The notes under the pieces are model-generated. The model worked only from the letters and a program-made list of their open reading frames with translations. It was not told the DNA's origin and ran no database searches. From Phoronis australis (lineage: Eukaryota > Animalia > Phoronida): 64,000 nucleotides of DNA. Numbering within the stretch: the stretch's first letter is position 1; each line of letters starts with the position of its first letter. Positions 51,061 through 64,000 of the stretch are shown here, piece after piece. The stretch lies in assembly GCA_002633005.1 (NCBI GenBank), contig NMRA01000012.1:648487-712486 (forward strand), written 5' to 3'. The position numbers were made by a program, and so were the translations under genes.

Positions 51061-54000
51061 GGACTTGTCATACTTATGTGCTCGAACGAGCCCCCTATTT
51101 GGAGAAATGGAAAAAGGTCTGCCTCAGTCAGAGAAGCACGAATTCCGAAAAAATATAAAATAGGAAAATATTCCACTAGAAGACAGAAAGTACCAAAATT
51201 TAGCGTCTGCAATTCATAGCTCTGAACATACCCAGTGAATCTTATAGTAAAAGATAGACATTCCCAAAAATTCCAGTACCCATTCTCTTAGGCTTGGTGC
51301 GCTCATACAAAGTGTGGGCAAATCTCTATTGAAAGCCAACAACTTTGCACAGTTCGCCAAGTACCCAAGTTCTAAGTAAACCTCATTTGAGCGATCGCTG
51401 TGGCCAGCGACCAGTTAGTCCTAAAGACCCTACATAACGGCCAAATGACTTTTGAACATGTTAAATATCTGTATCATTGATCGACACAAACATATCATCC
51501 CTCCCTTTACTCCTGGCATTAGCTAATTACGCCAATTACTATCGTACGACCCCATCATGAACCCCATTTAGCGCCGAAAAAAAACTTTAGGTAGCGCTCG
51601 TTGTAATCGACGCAAATGACGTCATCGTTGGTACCCAAGACGTATCGAACAGTCCGTTGCCACAGGAAGCTTACCTTACGGTGTCTGGTGCATATTTCAC
51701 AGATTTTCAAAATTACAACTGTTAGAGACAACCAAGCTCAAATACTATGCGACACTTATCTCGACACTTCCACATGCATGTAATATCCTAATGTTCACCA
51801 CTGTGTCTTTTAGATGGACCTTGAGATCCAATAGATCAATGCTGGTATCTACTTTTGACAGATTCGTGCAATATCCTGGGCATGTGCATCAAGACGTGCC
51901 TTACTTTCTTCCGTGTGATAGGTTTTAGTACAAGATCTAATGCTGACCGTTCTCCATCTCTCCAAGATATGTTTCAATCTTGTAGGACAAATGGCAACTT
52001 GGGCCCAAAGCTTAAGAGTCTCGTCTTTGAGGGCAATTCCCTACTATTCCCTCACTACTGTTCTCGTACCTCATCAATGTGGTCCATATAAACTGATCGC
52101 TCCGAGCCCCATTCCAGCATACACCCAAGTCATTAAACTAATCTGCATTTCTTCTATGGTCTGCGGGAGCACAGGGCAAGAGGCAATATCTTTTTTGGAA
52201 TTTAAAGTCTCAAACTGCAGAACACACACTACACCAAATATTTTCTTACTTCATCATCAAAAAGGAGATTCTGCAAATTTATCATGCTACAACCAGCAAA
52301 CAGATCTCATTAAATTCATTGACCACTTAAACGTGGGTGCAAATATTTATAACTAACCTCTTGTGTCTGATGCAGCAGTTATAAGCACAAGTACTGTAGA
52401 ATTTTGAATGACAGCTGTAATTTGTGTAAATTATCAATTATGAAAATTCATGATGACCATGAAAAACTGAGATGAATTTGAAAATAATGTACATGTAATG
52501 CCGTTTAAGAAATTATAAGCACAGTATTTGGAATACTGGTATCCTTTATTTATATAAATTATGAAAATTCATCATACAACAACTTGCTAACTTTTTTTCA
52601 CAGAAACATTGGGTAAAGACGTTAAAATAGTTTACTTGGGGTGCCTGGTACTTCAGCTATAGGTAAAGGTAGAATTTTTGAATAATGGCGGCCTTAATTT
52701 GTATATATTAGGCAAATTCACGATGTATCCACCAGCAAACGAGGTCCATTAAATTCACCATAAAAACATAGGTGATAATATCACGATAATTCACCTGTGA
52801 TGATTGGTACCATGGCTATTAGAACAAGTAAAATTTTGAATGGCGACCTTCATTTGCATAACTTATGCAAATTGACAATGTATTCAGCAAAAAACTTTCA
52901 ATATTAAATTCGTTGACCATGGAAACATGGGTGAGAGCATCAAAATAACCTGCCTGCAGTGCTTGGTAAGGAAATTATAAGCAAAAATAGAATTTTGCAT
53001 AATGGCGACCTTAATTTGCATATTTTAAAAAATGCTCAAGGGATGCGAACGGTCAACTCCCTAAATCATGATTAATTATGCCTAGACTACATGAAACTGC
53101 AAAGAAAAAAACTTTATCCGACATATCCAGGTTAAGTAAAAAAAACAGCATTTGTTTCAGGACTAAAAGTATATTAAAAATGCCAAGCATTATTTCGAGT
53201 TCCATTTCGAGTAAAAAGGTTCAAGACTGGGCCCAGAACTCTGACAGTTTACTACGATGATTGTGTGATCACGACTCATTCTCAAGAAGAGACAACATCT
53301 GGGGCACGGCCGCGACGACTAACGGCGGTTTCAAATTTAAGAAGACTAAATGGGACTGACTGAGGTCGTGAGGACTGGCAGGGACAAGGCGGCTTACTAA
53401 CTTCATTTAGTTTCGACCCGGCCGTGTGCTATTCGATCTTGACATGGATTGATGAATTGTGTCATGGTTGATAATTCATCAGTATTCCTACTTCATATCA
53501 TTTTAAAATGCAAGTGTGTACTCATTTTAAGACATGCAGGCAATTTCACATGCACATGAAATCTAACTACGGTTTCTAGTTGTGCTGGCCAGCTGGAGAC
53601 GGTGGTCATTGTCTACCTGGAATCCAAACAAAGTGTTTTAGTGTCTGGGCGTTGTTTTCGGTATAGGTGCATTTAATAACCGAAATATCGTTTATTTTTC
53701 CATGTAAAAGTTTAAAAATCACATCCGAGTTTGAAAGTTTAGATATTTTTGGAGCGGTAAATCTTCGCAGTGGTGAATCGTCGAAGTAGTGAACCTTCGC
53801 AATAGTGAACCTTCCGAGTAGTAAACCTTCGAAATAGTAGTGGAATGTTCCCATGTCCAGCAATGTAAGCAACTTAAGAAACACGCTAAAATACAACCAG
53901 GTAAACAATTTTGTTAAGTCATTCGCCGACTAAACTTCATATTTCCGTCCGAGTATGCACTGAGGTGTAATCACTCATTTAAAGGCGAAGGCAACATTTT

Positions 54001-54489
54001 TTCATGCCTTTTTTACAGCTACAGTTAAATGGAAAATATGTCTGGGGTAACCAACGAACCTTCTTTTTTGCTAAAAATAACATGAAAAAGGTTGCCTTTG
54101 CCTTTAAGCATGGCTGACTTGAAACTATGGCAAGAGATAATGCGAGAATGTTCTCTTTCTGGACCACATTACATCCTAATTTGTGTCCCGTTCTTTGCGA
54201 GCAACCGTCACAGCATCCTCGTTTCTGGTATTACGAATTCCGTCTTATCTTATGAACATAGACCTGAGAGTCATCGTTGTGTATACAGATTTCCTTCCCT
54301 CTAATTAAGCTGCGTCAAAGGCCTTACTGGAAACTAGTGTCGACGTTTGCAAAATACCAATGGTCCACCGTTCTTGAAATTCGAACCACCCCCGTTCAAT
54401 GCTGGCTACGGGCCTGAATAGGATATATGCATTCGAGAAGAGAGATAGGGGCGTCTAACAAAAAAACAAAAAGTTGCCCCTGCATCGAT

Positions 54490-55445
54490 CAAACTTCTGC
54501 ATGCTACTGCCCCACCGCTAAAATGTCTGTAAAGTACCTTTTGTTGCATGCAGAATGTTGCTCGATATTATGCAAATGGTTTCAAAGGGTTACCTGACGG
54601 GTAAATTTGGCAGAACTCAGATATTTGATCGTGTGTGGCGGGGCTAGTCCACAGCTAAACTTGTCTCGCTGTGTTTATTCGTTATACATGGGTTTATGTA
54701 GAATAATTTGCAACTGGTTTCATGCTGTTAGCTCTTGGGTTGATTTACCTCAAATTTTAGCCCTTTCTTTAATTGTCTAGCAGGGACACCCCACCGCTTA
54801 AATTGTCTGGCATCTTACTGTTGTACGATGTGCAGTGATACTGAGCATCGTGCAATTGGTTTCAAACGGTTACCTGGTGGGTTGCTATAGCTGGACTCGG
54901 GTATTCGGGCGTGTCTGGCGTGGCTAACCCACCATTAGATTTGTCTGGCAGTGTTTATTCGTGATACCTGGGCTTACGGTGAATATTTTGGAACTGGTTT
55001 TAAGCGGTTACCTGTTGGGTTGATCTAGCTCAATTTTTAACCCTTTTTGACAATTGTCTGGCAGGGGCACCCCTCCACTGAAATTGTCTGGCATCTAACT
55101 GTTGTGCCATATACAGTGATGCTGAACATCGTGCAATTGGTTTCAAACGGTTACCCGGTGGGTAGATCTAGCTCAACTCGAGTATTTGGGCGTGTCTGGC
55201 GGGGCTAACCCAACAATAGATTTGTCTGGTAGTGTTCATTCGTGATTGCTGGGATCACGGTGAATATTTTACAACTGGTTTCATGAGATTACCTCTTGGA
55301 TTGATCTAGCTCAATTTTTTGCCTTGTTTATAACCGCCTGGCTGATACTCCCCACCACTGAAACTGTCTGGCAGTGACCAATTTTGATACAGTGGATTAC
55401 GTAGTAGGTATCGAAGGCAGTTTGAAATGGTTGATCTAGCTCATT
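54490..55445. repeat. Diverged satellite, ~140-bp monomer with ~280-bp dimeric higher order, about 7 monomers
   Basis: The TGGTTT(C/T)A...GTTA core recurs at about 54577, 54716, 54857, 54996, 55138 and 55276. Alternate units are more alike than adjacent ones. No open frame. Confidence 0.75.
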
Positions 55446-56399
55446 TTATGAGTGTTATTCTCTTGGCTCCCCTGACCACACCCACCAGAGCGGACCTGCC
55501 AGACGGCCATTTCCAAGCATCAGGATACCCATAGAGCACTGTGGCATCAAAGAAAATTGGTTACCTTTTCATGTCCAAAAAGCTCTGGGATCCCGGTCTA
55601 GTGAGGCACGCGAAATAACATTACAGCGTTCTGTCGTTCAGTAACTTTTCTAGTCGTGAGGGGTGCTGAACGCGCGATATCATCTGACTCTTTTGTTAAC
55701 TGCCCAGCTCAGTCTTTTGTCCCGTTTGATAACAAGCAGGCCAATTATCTCCCAGGCTTCAAAGGAAACGTATGGTGGCTGCACGCTATTACCGAATGCG
55801 TATGAACACAGTCAAACCCAGTGCGTCCGTTTGGACAGAATAGATTGTCTTAACTTCTGTTGTAGTTTTCCGATATTGGTGATTCAAAAACGGAACATGA
55901 TCAGCATTTGACGAGGAATTCAGAAATGCTATTGGTTTAGGCTCAAATATGTTATAACTTAACTTTCATTTTTATCATCTCAGCCCAGTCAGTCTAGATA
56001 CGATCTGATCGGAATTATCGAACAAAAGAGCGCAGGCTCTCCAACCATAAATGCCAGAATGGAGTTAATCAGTCGTGTAAGATCTTGGCTACAGGGGTAA
56101 ACTTCCCAACTTGTTGTTGGGCTATAGAACAAGTTGGGAGCAACGGGATGTCACCGTCATGTGGAGTTAATCAGTCGTTTAAGATGTTGGCTACGGGGGT
56201 AAACTTCCAAACTTGTTGTTGGGCTGTAGAACAAGCTGGGATGCAACGGGATTTCGCGGTCATGAGGTTATCCACCTTTTGTTCTTATTCAGCAGCGTAA
56301 TCTCTATTTTGTTTTAGGCTCTCCATTAGTTCAACTCTACAAACACAACATATTCAACGTAATCTTTTCTTAACATCCGGGTGGGGGACGGTGCCACGC

Positions 56400-56689
56400 C
56401 CTTACTTAACTGATGACGTCAGCAGTCACGTGATTTCCAAATCATCCTTCCGATTTACCGACGTCTTACACGTATGATCTTGACCTTGGATAGAGGTCCT
56501 TCTATAACGGGTCCAATTAATCCTATTACGTAATGAGGTGTGACGTCATTGACACTTCCGTACGGTACTCGGATGATGTCCCTTCCGGTTGCACTGATCA
56601 CATGTGACCTTTGACCTTTCCTTTCGGATTGATGACCTTTTAACGAGGGGCCGCAAAAACAGGTTTCTTAAACAACTTACTATACTACT
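56400..56689 (-). mobile_element. Solo TIR of a second, divergent Polinton family
   Basis: Ends CTTACTATACTACT at 56689. Shares TGACGTCATTGACAC and TGACCTTT motifs with 38220-38350 but is otherwise diverged. Confidence 0.65.
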
Positions 56690-56867
56690 CGCGTACCTAG
56701 TAATGTTACGGAGAACAACGCCCTGATATTAATAAACTTTTAACTGTTTGGGTTTCTTGCCCATGCGAAAATGGGCTCCAAAGCTTTTCTTATGAATACG
56801 GAAAGATGAATGTGTACTTGCATTTTGAAAAGAATATGAAGTAGGAATGTTGATGAGTTATCAATCA

Positions 56868-57161
56868 CAGGGGCGGATCCAGGATTTTGAGTTGGGGGGC
56901 AGGGCACAGGAATAACCAGAATTTCGCCACATACGCGCACCCAGCCTAAAATGTAGGGATGCAGGGGTCTCGAATTTTTTTGGTTTGTGGACCTTATTAC
57001 TAAAAAAAAAACGGTAAACAGGGTTTGTTCAAGGCCTATGCATTATGCATTCGCCCTCAGAGCCCCCCTGTGTGCGCCCATATGCCAGTCAGCAATTCAC
57101 TCCTCGAACTGCCAAATGGTTTCTGCGAGAATTTTAGGGGGTCCCCCTAAGTCCGCCACTG
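56868..57161. mobile_element. MITE, TIR CAG(G/T)GGCGGA, 5-bp TSD AATCA
   Basis: CAGGGGCGGATC ... GTCCGCCACTG flanked by AATCA on both sides. A related end (GATCCGCCACTG) lies at ~62790. Confidence 0.7.
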
Positions 57162-58783
57162 AATCATGATGCATTCATGTCAAGATTGCATCATTTCACA
57201 GCGCGACTGCAATGTACATTTGCAGCGCTTCAACATTACTCACCGCATCGGAACGCGCATGGCCGGGTTGGGACTAAGTGTAGTAGGTTACCCTGTCTCG
57301 GGCTGTCTTCAACAAGTCAGAGAGTCACATCCAGTCTTCCCAAATTTAAAGCCGCCCGTAAATTGCCACAACCCTGAAATGAATAGCGTAGTGCCCCCAA
57401 TGTTGTCCCTGTCCTGTTTTAAAAATGAGTTGTTTTAGATTCAAGAATCGCGATTGTGAATGATTGGTACTGAGCTGAATTAGAAACAAAAAATCAATAA
57501 TGATTTAGGGAATTTTTTCCCTCCTTTCAAGTGTTTACTAAATGGACACAAATACAACAGTTTGTGAATGTCAGTTCCACAGAGCAGACATAATTAGCAA
57601 TCTGTCGAACTCAGTAGCATGGTTTGCAATAGTGAATAATGTTACGTAATTTTGGAAATCAATCAAGGTTGTTGACCGTATGAAGCTTGCGATGTTGTGC
57701 ACCATTGATACTAATTTACAAGAGAAGACTTTTCTTCTTTGACTAAATTTTTTACTAGATCCAATCATATTTTTACCGAATAACATGAACATGCTCGTTG
57801 GAAGGGTTTTCTCAGTGCAAGAAAACAGTAGTGAAATGTCTGTTTTTTGAGCAACGACAGAGGACTGCCTATTGAAGTTACATGTACTGTATTTAAAAGA
57901 ATGGAAACGCACACATCACATGCATGTCAATCCACCAATCCACAAACAAAGCGTGCACTGGATGAACAAGATATTGGGCGATCACTTTCAATTCGAAAGT
58001 TAAAAAAGGCTGCACATCACTATATGCTCGCAACTATACCGAAAAATCAAGTAACAGACCTATCTTTTGCTGTTTTATTGGTTGATCGATTTCAAGTCAT
58101 TTTAAAAACACTAATTTTTGGTACCCTACCACGCCCGTTCAACTTGATAGTCGGTCCTTTGAATGACTGTCCGTAACTGACATAAAGCGTCCTCTTATCG
58201 TTGTCTGCACCAACCTTGTCATCTGGCCAGTTGGCGAAGTTGGCCTAGTACTGCCCAAGTATTTACGTAGAGCGCTTGGATTCAGAACCAAATTTGAAAT
58301 TATTAGCAACTTGGTCATTATTGTAGTTAGTAGTACCAATAATAACTCAACAATTTTGTTAATATTGTTGTTCATCTATGTCCTATGCGTAACGCTTTGT
58401 GGGACTGGACAATTTTTCGATCGCACCCCCCTGGCTACGGGCCTGGAAAAGAAATCAGCGAACTGAATTCCTGATCACTTTGCCTCGACAAACTTGCCAC
58501 TTTTAAGCTTTTGGTTAACGCGGTCTAGTTCCGATATAGCGCCCTCAGCCGGAATAACAATTTCTTTACGTCACCTTTTTATTTTCGAAAAGAAACCTGG
58601 GCGATGTTTCGGAAACAGTAATTTCTTCAAATTATTTAGTTCCGGCCAATGAGTGCTATGGCGTCCTCTTCCGATAAAGCGCCCACACTGTTAACCGAGG
58701 CCTTTCCGATAAAGACGCCTATTTCGTGTTTGATGAAAAGTCTTGTGTCTTGCAAGTAACTAACGAAATGACACTTACTTGAC

Positions 58784-61162
58784 CTGAAAGACAAAGTCAG
58801 TGCACTTGAAAACAAACTGGACCACATGGAGGGCCAAAGCCGACACAACAACCTAATCATACACGGCATTAAAGATGAAACGCCAAATACAAACGAACCT
58901 TGGGATGTTACAGAAAACAAGGTCAGTAAGTTCATGTCCGGAAAACTTGAAATATAAAATGCAAATAAAATCCTGATTGAAAGAGCACATAGGCTACGAC
59001 AAGGATGAGGAGTAGAGGACCGTGATAGTTAAGTTTAACAGCTACAAAGATAGAGACATGGCCCTGAGAACTGCTCGTCACAAACTTCGTGGTACCCAGT
59101 ACAAAATATCCGAAGATTTGTCCCCAAAAATAAGGGAAAGCAGGAAGAAACTCGACCCGTTTCTGATGGAAGCAAATGCAAAGGGAAATCTAGTGCGAAT
59201 GGACTACGACAAACTCATTATAAACGGAAAGGCGTATAAATATGACGACTCCACCAAAAACGTCGTTGAGCTCGGAGCGGGTACGCGAAATGAATAGGAT
59301 TTAGGCCGAGGTCTACAGTTAAGAGTGAGTAGTTGGGACATAAATGGGTTAAAAATAAGTTTAACAGAAATGACATCACTGACTACATGAAGTCCTTCGA
59401 TGTATTAGTACTTCAAGAGACATGGGCACAAAGAGAACAAGATTTCTCGTTAGACGGGTTTGTGTGTTTCAGCAAAGTAACAACGAAAAGAAAACGTTGT
59501 ATAAGGACCTCTGGTGGTGTGCTTATTTTTGTAAAAAACGAATTGTCTGGTTATGTAAATGAGGTGGCATCAGATTCGGAAATGATGATTTGAATTAAAT
59601 TTGCTGCTGGTGTGAATAAGCCACCACTATATTTAGAGAATATTTATATTTCCCCTCAGGGTTCCAGGCTAGGCTTGCGAATGAACCAATGTTTGACAAA
59701 ATTGAATCCCTGATTGCACAATTTAAGTCTCACAATCCAAATAGCAATGTCATGTTGTGCGGCGATTTCAATGCCCTAACAGCCTCATTAGAAGATTTTG
59801 TTAACGATGAGACTGTAGTGCCATTTCTTGAAAATGACTTAAGTGATATGGGTTATGAGCACGATGCCCAGATACTATGGTCGGGAGTTATTGTACCTTT
59901 GTAAAAGCTGTAGAATTAGAATTTTAAACGGTCGCAGTGGTAGTGATAAAATACCGGTAAATTTACTTTTGTGAATACAAATGAAAGTAGAGTAGTGGAC
60001 TATTTCATGGTCAGTGATGAAATTATTACCTCAGTCATCGATTTTCAAGTCGGCGATCAAGTCGACTCTGATCATTTTCCGTTGGAAATGATTATAGATG
60101 GGGAAGTTTTGTTCAACTTGCAGGTAAACCGCAACAATACACAGGAATCCCACATTGTCAATGGAAAAATAAACAAATGTATAATTTGGAAAGATGAAAA
60201 TAAAAATAATTATTTTGAAAACTTGCAGTTGGGTGAAGGCGGTGGCTGTCTGGAAAATATGATATCAAGTCTTCAAAATAACACGAGTAATGTTGACGAG
60301 GCCTTAGATTCGATATACAATTTGGTTGTAAAATCAGCCATAAGTTCTGGTATGAGAAGTACTGAGCCACCAAAACGTAGATCAAAACCAGAAACATGGT
60401 TTGATAGAGAATGTCATGATCATAAGTTAATAGTACGTAGTTATTTAAGGACATACAGACAATATGGAACTGAAGAAAATTTGGCTAAATATAGGGAATA
60501 TAGCAAGAGGTATAAAAATTACTAAAGACAAAACAAAAAATATTCCGAGAAAAACTAACCAAAGAATTGTTGGATTCATCGGTGAATGAAAATAAAAAAC
60601 AATTTTGGAACTTGGTGAAAGGTAAGAAAGAAGAACGGTCTTCAAATATTACACATACACAATGGTATAACAGTTTTAAAAACGTTTATACTTCTCACAC
60701 TAGAGATTATGGTGTTTCATGTATATGTTGAAAAGTTTAATCATTTCTATGAGTCAACAGAAGCGGTGCATAACTTGGATGATCAGTCAGTTTTTAATAA
60801 TATTCTTACTTTTGATGAAGTAGATAAGTTTATGAATGACATGAAATTGGGTAAAGCTGCTGGAAATGATGGCATTTCGTTGGAATTTTTCAAGTTCGCA
60901 ACACCCGCATTTAAACAGTCTCTCGTTTGTCTGTATAATAAAATTTTTGATACGGGGAATTACCTATCTCAATGGAATACAGGTATTATAGTCCCGGTGT
61001 TCAAGTCTGGAAATAAGAATGACCCAGATAACTACAGAGGATTCACGCTGTTACAGGTGGCTGGCAAGATATTTGCCCGGTTGTTATGTAACCGACTCCA
61101 TTCATGGGCGGATGCGAACAATATTGTGTGTGAGGCTCAAGCTTGTTTCAGGAAGGGGTATT
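58784..61162 (+). mobile_element. 5' half of the RTE-X/CR1-like LINE (ORF1, AP endonuclease, start of RT), degenerate
   Basis: ORF1 motifs SRHNNLIIHGI, ERAHR and IVKFNSYKDR..ISEDLS. ORF2 motifs LQETW, SGGV, GDFNA, DY, SDHFP, GKAAGNDGI, NYRGFTLL and QACFRKGY. Ends at GGTATT, exactly where 38351 resumes. Confidence 0.9.
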
Positions 61163-61820
61163 AGTAGTATAGTAAGTCATTTAGGAGTCTTACTTTGCGG
61201 GTCTCGGTCAAAGGTCATCTATGTGAAAGGAGGTCACGTGGTATAACTGCGATCGGGACACCTAGCGGACGGATGTGTCAATGACGTCATGACGTAATAG
61301 GTTTAATTAGACAGGCAACTCGTTTTGCGGCTCCTAGCAACGGATTGAAACAAAAGATGATAAGAACAAAACGTGGATGAGTTCGTGTGCCTGTCGTTGT
61401 ATATTGTGTGTTCTGTCTCATCAAAAACAAAGGAAAAAGGCGATAACCACCCAACCCAACAACAGATGTCGCGTAAAGTCTAACCCAGGCCCCGACGGTA
61501 CTGAGCGAATCGTACTAATAATACTACTAATAATAAGAAGCGACCAGCTAACGCAGAACATAAAACCGATAGCGTTTAAACGTGTATTAATGACAAACCA
61601 ACACTACAAATATCATACAAATATAAAATCATCAAAACGTTCAGAAAAGTAGTCTATAGCAAATTTATCTTGCAGGTAGGTATAGTGTTGGGAATAGTCT
61701 GACCAACTAAGACAGAAAAGAAACTTTTCAGGTTTAACCGAGTATTACTAACGGCATACAAAATTGAATAAAAGTAGATGAATGCGAAGTGTGACGTCAA
61801 GTTTTCGTTCACAAATATAA
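61163..61820 (+). mobile_element. Polinton/Maverick left TIR preceded by TSD GGTATT; runs into an assembly gap
   Basis: GGTATT|AGTAGTATAGTAAGTCATTTAGGAG. A 6-bp TSD and AG...CT termini are Polinton hallmarks. Confidence 0.88.
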
Positions 61821-62711
61821 NNNNNNNNNNNNNNNNNNNNNNNNNNNNNNNNNNNNNNNNNNNNNNNNNNNNNNNNNNNNNNNNNNNNNNNNNNNNNNNN
61901 NNNNNNNNNNNNNNNNNNNNNNNNNNNNNNNNNNNNNNNNNNNNNNNNNNNNNNNNNNNNNNNNNNNNNNNNNNNNNNNNNNNNNNNNNNNNNNNNNNNN
62001 NNNNNNNNNNNNNNNNNNNNNNNNNNNNNNNNNNNNNNNNNNNNNNNNNNNNNNNNNNNNNNNNNNNNNNNNNNNNNNNNNNNNNNNNNNNNNNNNNNNN
62101 NNNNNNNNNNNNNNNNNNNNNNNNNNNNNNNNNNNNNNNNNNNNNNNNNNNNNNNNNNNNNNNNNNNNNNNNNNNNNNNNNNNNNNNNNNNNNNNNNNNN
62201 NNNNNNNNNNNNNNNNNNNNNNNNNNNNNNNNNNNNNNNNNNNNNNNNNNNNNNNNNNNNNNNNNNNNNNNNNNNNNNNNNNNNNNNNNNNNNNNNNNNN
62301 NNNNNNNNNNNNNNNNNNNNNNNNNNNNNNNNNNNNNNNNNNNNNNNNNNNNNNNNNNNNNNNNNNNNNNNNNNNNNNNNNNNNNNNNNNNNNNNNNNNN
62401 NNNNNNNNNNNNNNNNNNNNNNNNNNNNNNNNNNNNNNNNNNNNNNNNNNNNNNNNNNNNNNNNNNNNNNNNNNNNNNNNNNNNNNNNNNNNNNNNNNNN
62501 NNNNNNNNNNNNNNNNNNNNNNNNNNNNNNNNNNNNNNNNNNNNNNNNNNNNNNNNNNNNNNNNNNNNNNNNNNNNNNNNNNNNNNNNNNNNNNNNNNNN
62601 NNNNNNNNNNNNNNNNNNNNNNNNNNNNNNNNNNNNNNNNNNNNNNNNNNNNNNNNNNNNNNNNNNNNNNNNNNNNNNNNNNNNNNNNNNNNNNNNNNNN
62701 NNNNNNNNNNN
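61821..62711. other. Assembly gap (N run)
   Basis: About 890 N. Confidence 1.
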
Positions 62712-64000
62712 CCCCTCCCCGCTCGGCGCCACGCGCCTCGGATTCGACCTTTGCGGGAATCCTAAACCCCCCCTTACTGAAAACGTAGATCCGCCACTGA
62801 AGCCTTTATATGCACCCCACTCACGTACGTTACTACCGTTATCGTAACCCTCCGTGACTCAGAACAAACACGAAAATGAGTTGGTCGTGCTCAAGTCTTA
62901 TCGTTGGACATTGCGACTGTGCAATTTTGACATCTCAGTTCTTTTGAGTCATAATTAACGCAGTTGCTCTTCCAACACAGTTGCAATTTGTGTATGTATT
63001 AAAATAGGCAACGGCTGAACTGCATGCGGTGCCAGTTGACTGCACGTGAATGTGAACGACTTCTGCCAATTCTGGATTCAGGCAAGCATTGTTTCAGAGA
63101 CGATTGCATTATCAATTCGAGTGAGCGAAATACCAGCTTCTTCTCAAAAGAACGCGATGGCGTTCCATATAGGATGTGGGATTCACACGATCTCCTAGCG
63201 ACACCAACGTGGTGCTTGAACAACCCTTGAACACTCAGTGGACAACCAGCGCCACCATGGACGGTACAGTGAAATTAGACCACAGCCAAAGACGTAGGCG
63301 TGCTACGACATATTATTCATTAACGTTATTTGAACAAAAGCCCTGCCTGGAAGATACATTTACACCTAACTTATACAGAATAATTTGATTTAGTATTGCA
63401 ATCACTTAGTCGCAGACGCTTGTATTAATCACAAAAATTTATACAATGGGGACTGATTACCTCTGAATAACAGACCTGACAGGACCAACAGAATGAAAAA
63501 GAAAAGACAAGATAAACCTAGCAACCTTGAGGGGTTTGTTTTTATTTATCATCATCACAGTTCATCAAGAGACATGCAAGCAGTCTTGACAATGACAGCT
63601 GTTCGACAGTTCTGGCAATTAATGCCAACATCAATTGCATATTACACTGGCAATACACTAGAGAACATTTAGGAACATCAGACGATTGTTTAGATACTAA
63701 TTCTTTCCAATTGAGATGAATTTCAATCAATGTCAGATAATTAAAGCAGAAATAAACCCACGTTGCGTGGATGAAACTCATTGTGATTTGGACCACTTAG
63801 CACTATGAAATTTGTCTCAACTTGTTCTTTACATAAATGAGATGTGACTTTTGAACTTGCATCAACTCGCATATCATTATTGTTTGAGATCGTGTGCGCC
63901 ATGTCTTATGCAATAACGAACTGTGAGTTCTTTCCAAGCGCAGACATCACACTTGTTTTGAATGAGGACACCAACTTGAGACCAACTTCATAACAGTAAG

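Noticed and set aside
61778-62788. 336-aa and 307-aa ORFs
   Set aside because: They consist almost entirely of the N gap.
63000-64000. Possible host exons near the window end
   Set aside because: Short ORFs with no recognisable domain or convincing splice-site pair.

Overview
Repeat-rich, AT-rich eukaryotic (invertebrate-like) genomic DNA from a draft assembly, with N gaps and single-N contig joins. Only one clear host exon is visible: a minus-strand terminal exon encoding six LDL-receptor class A repeats (9282-10159). Most of the rest is nested, decayed mobile DNA: THAP-bearing Kolobok-type elements (TTAA target sites), a hAT element with its MITE, several non-LTR retrotransposons (HERO/RLE-like, an I-group element with RNase H, RTE-X/CR1-like), a Penelope element, a DIRS/Ngaro recombinase fragment and a Crypton-like hairpin element. 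The most notable region is 28.3-38.4 kb plus 61.2 kb. It holds a scrambled endogenous Polinton/Maverick (adintovirus-like) element with AGTAGT termini, a 6-bp TSD, major capsid protein fragments, an adenain-like protease and a basic virion protein. Embedded among the capsid fragments is an apparently intact, non-FICD-type Fic (AMPylase) gene preceded by a splice acceptor. All family assignments come from motif recognition, not database searches.
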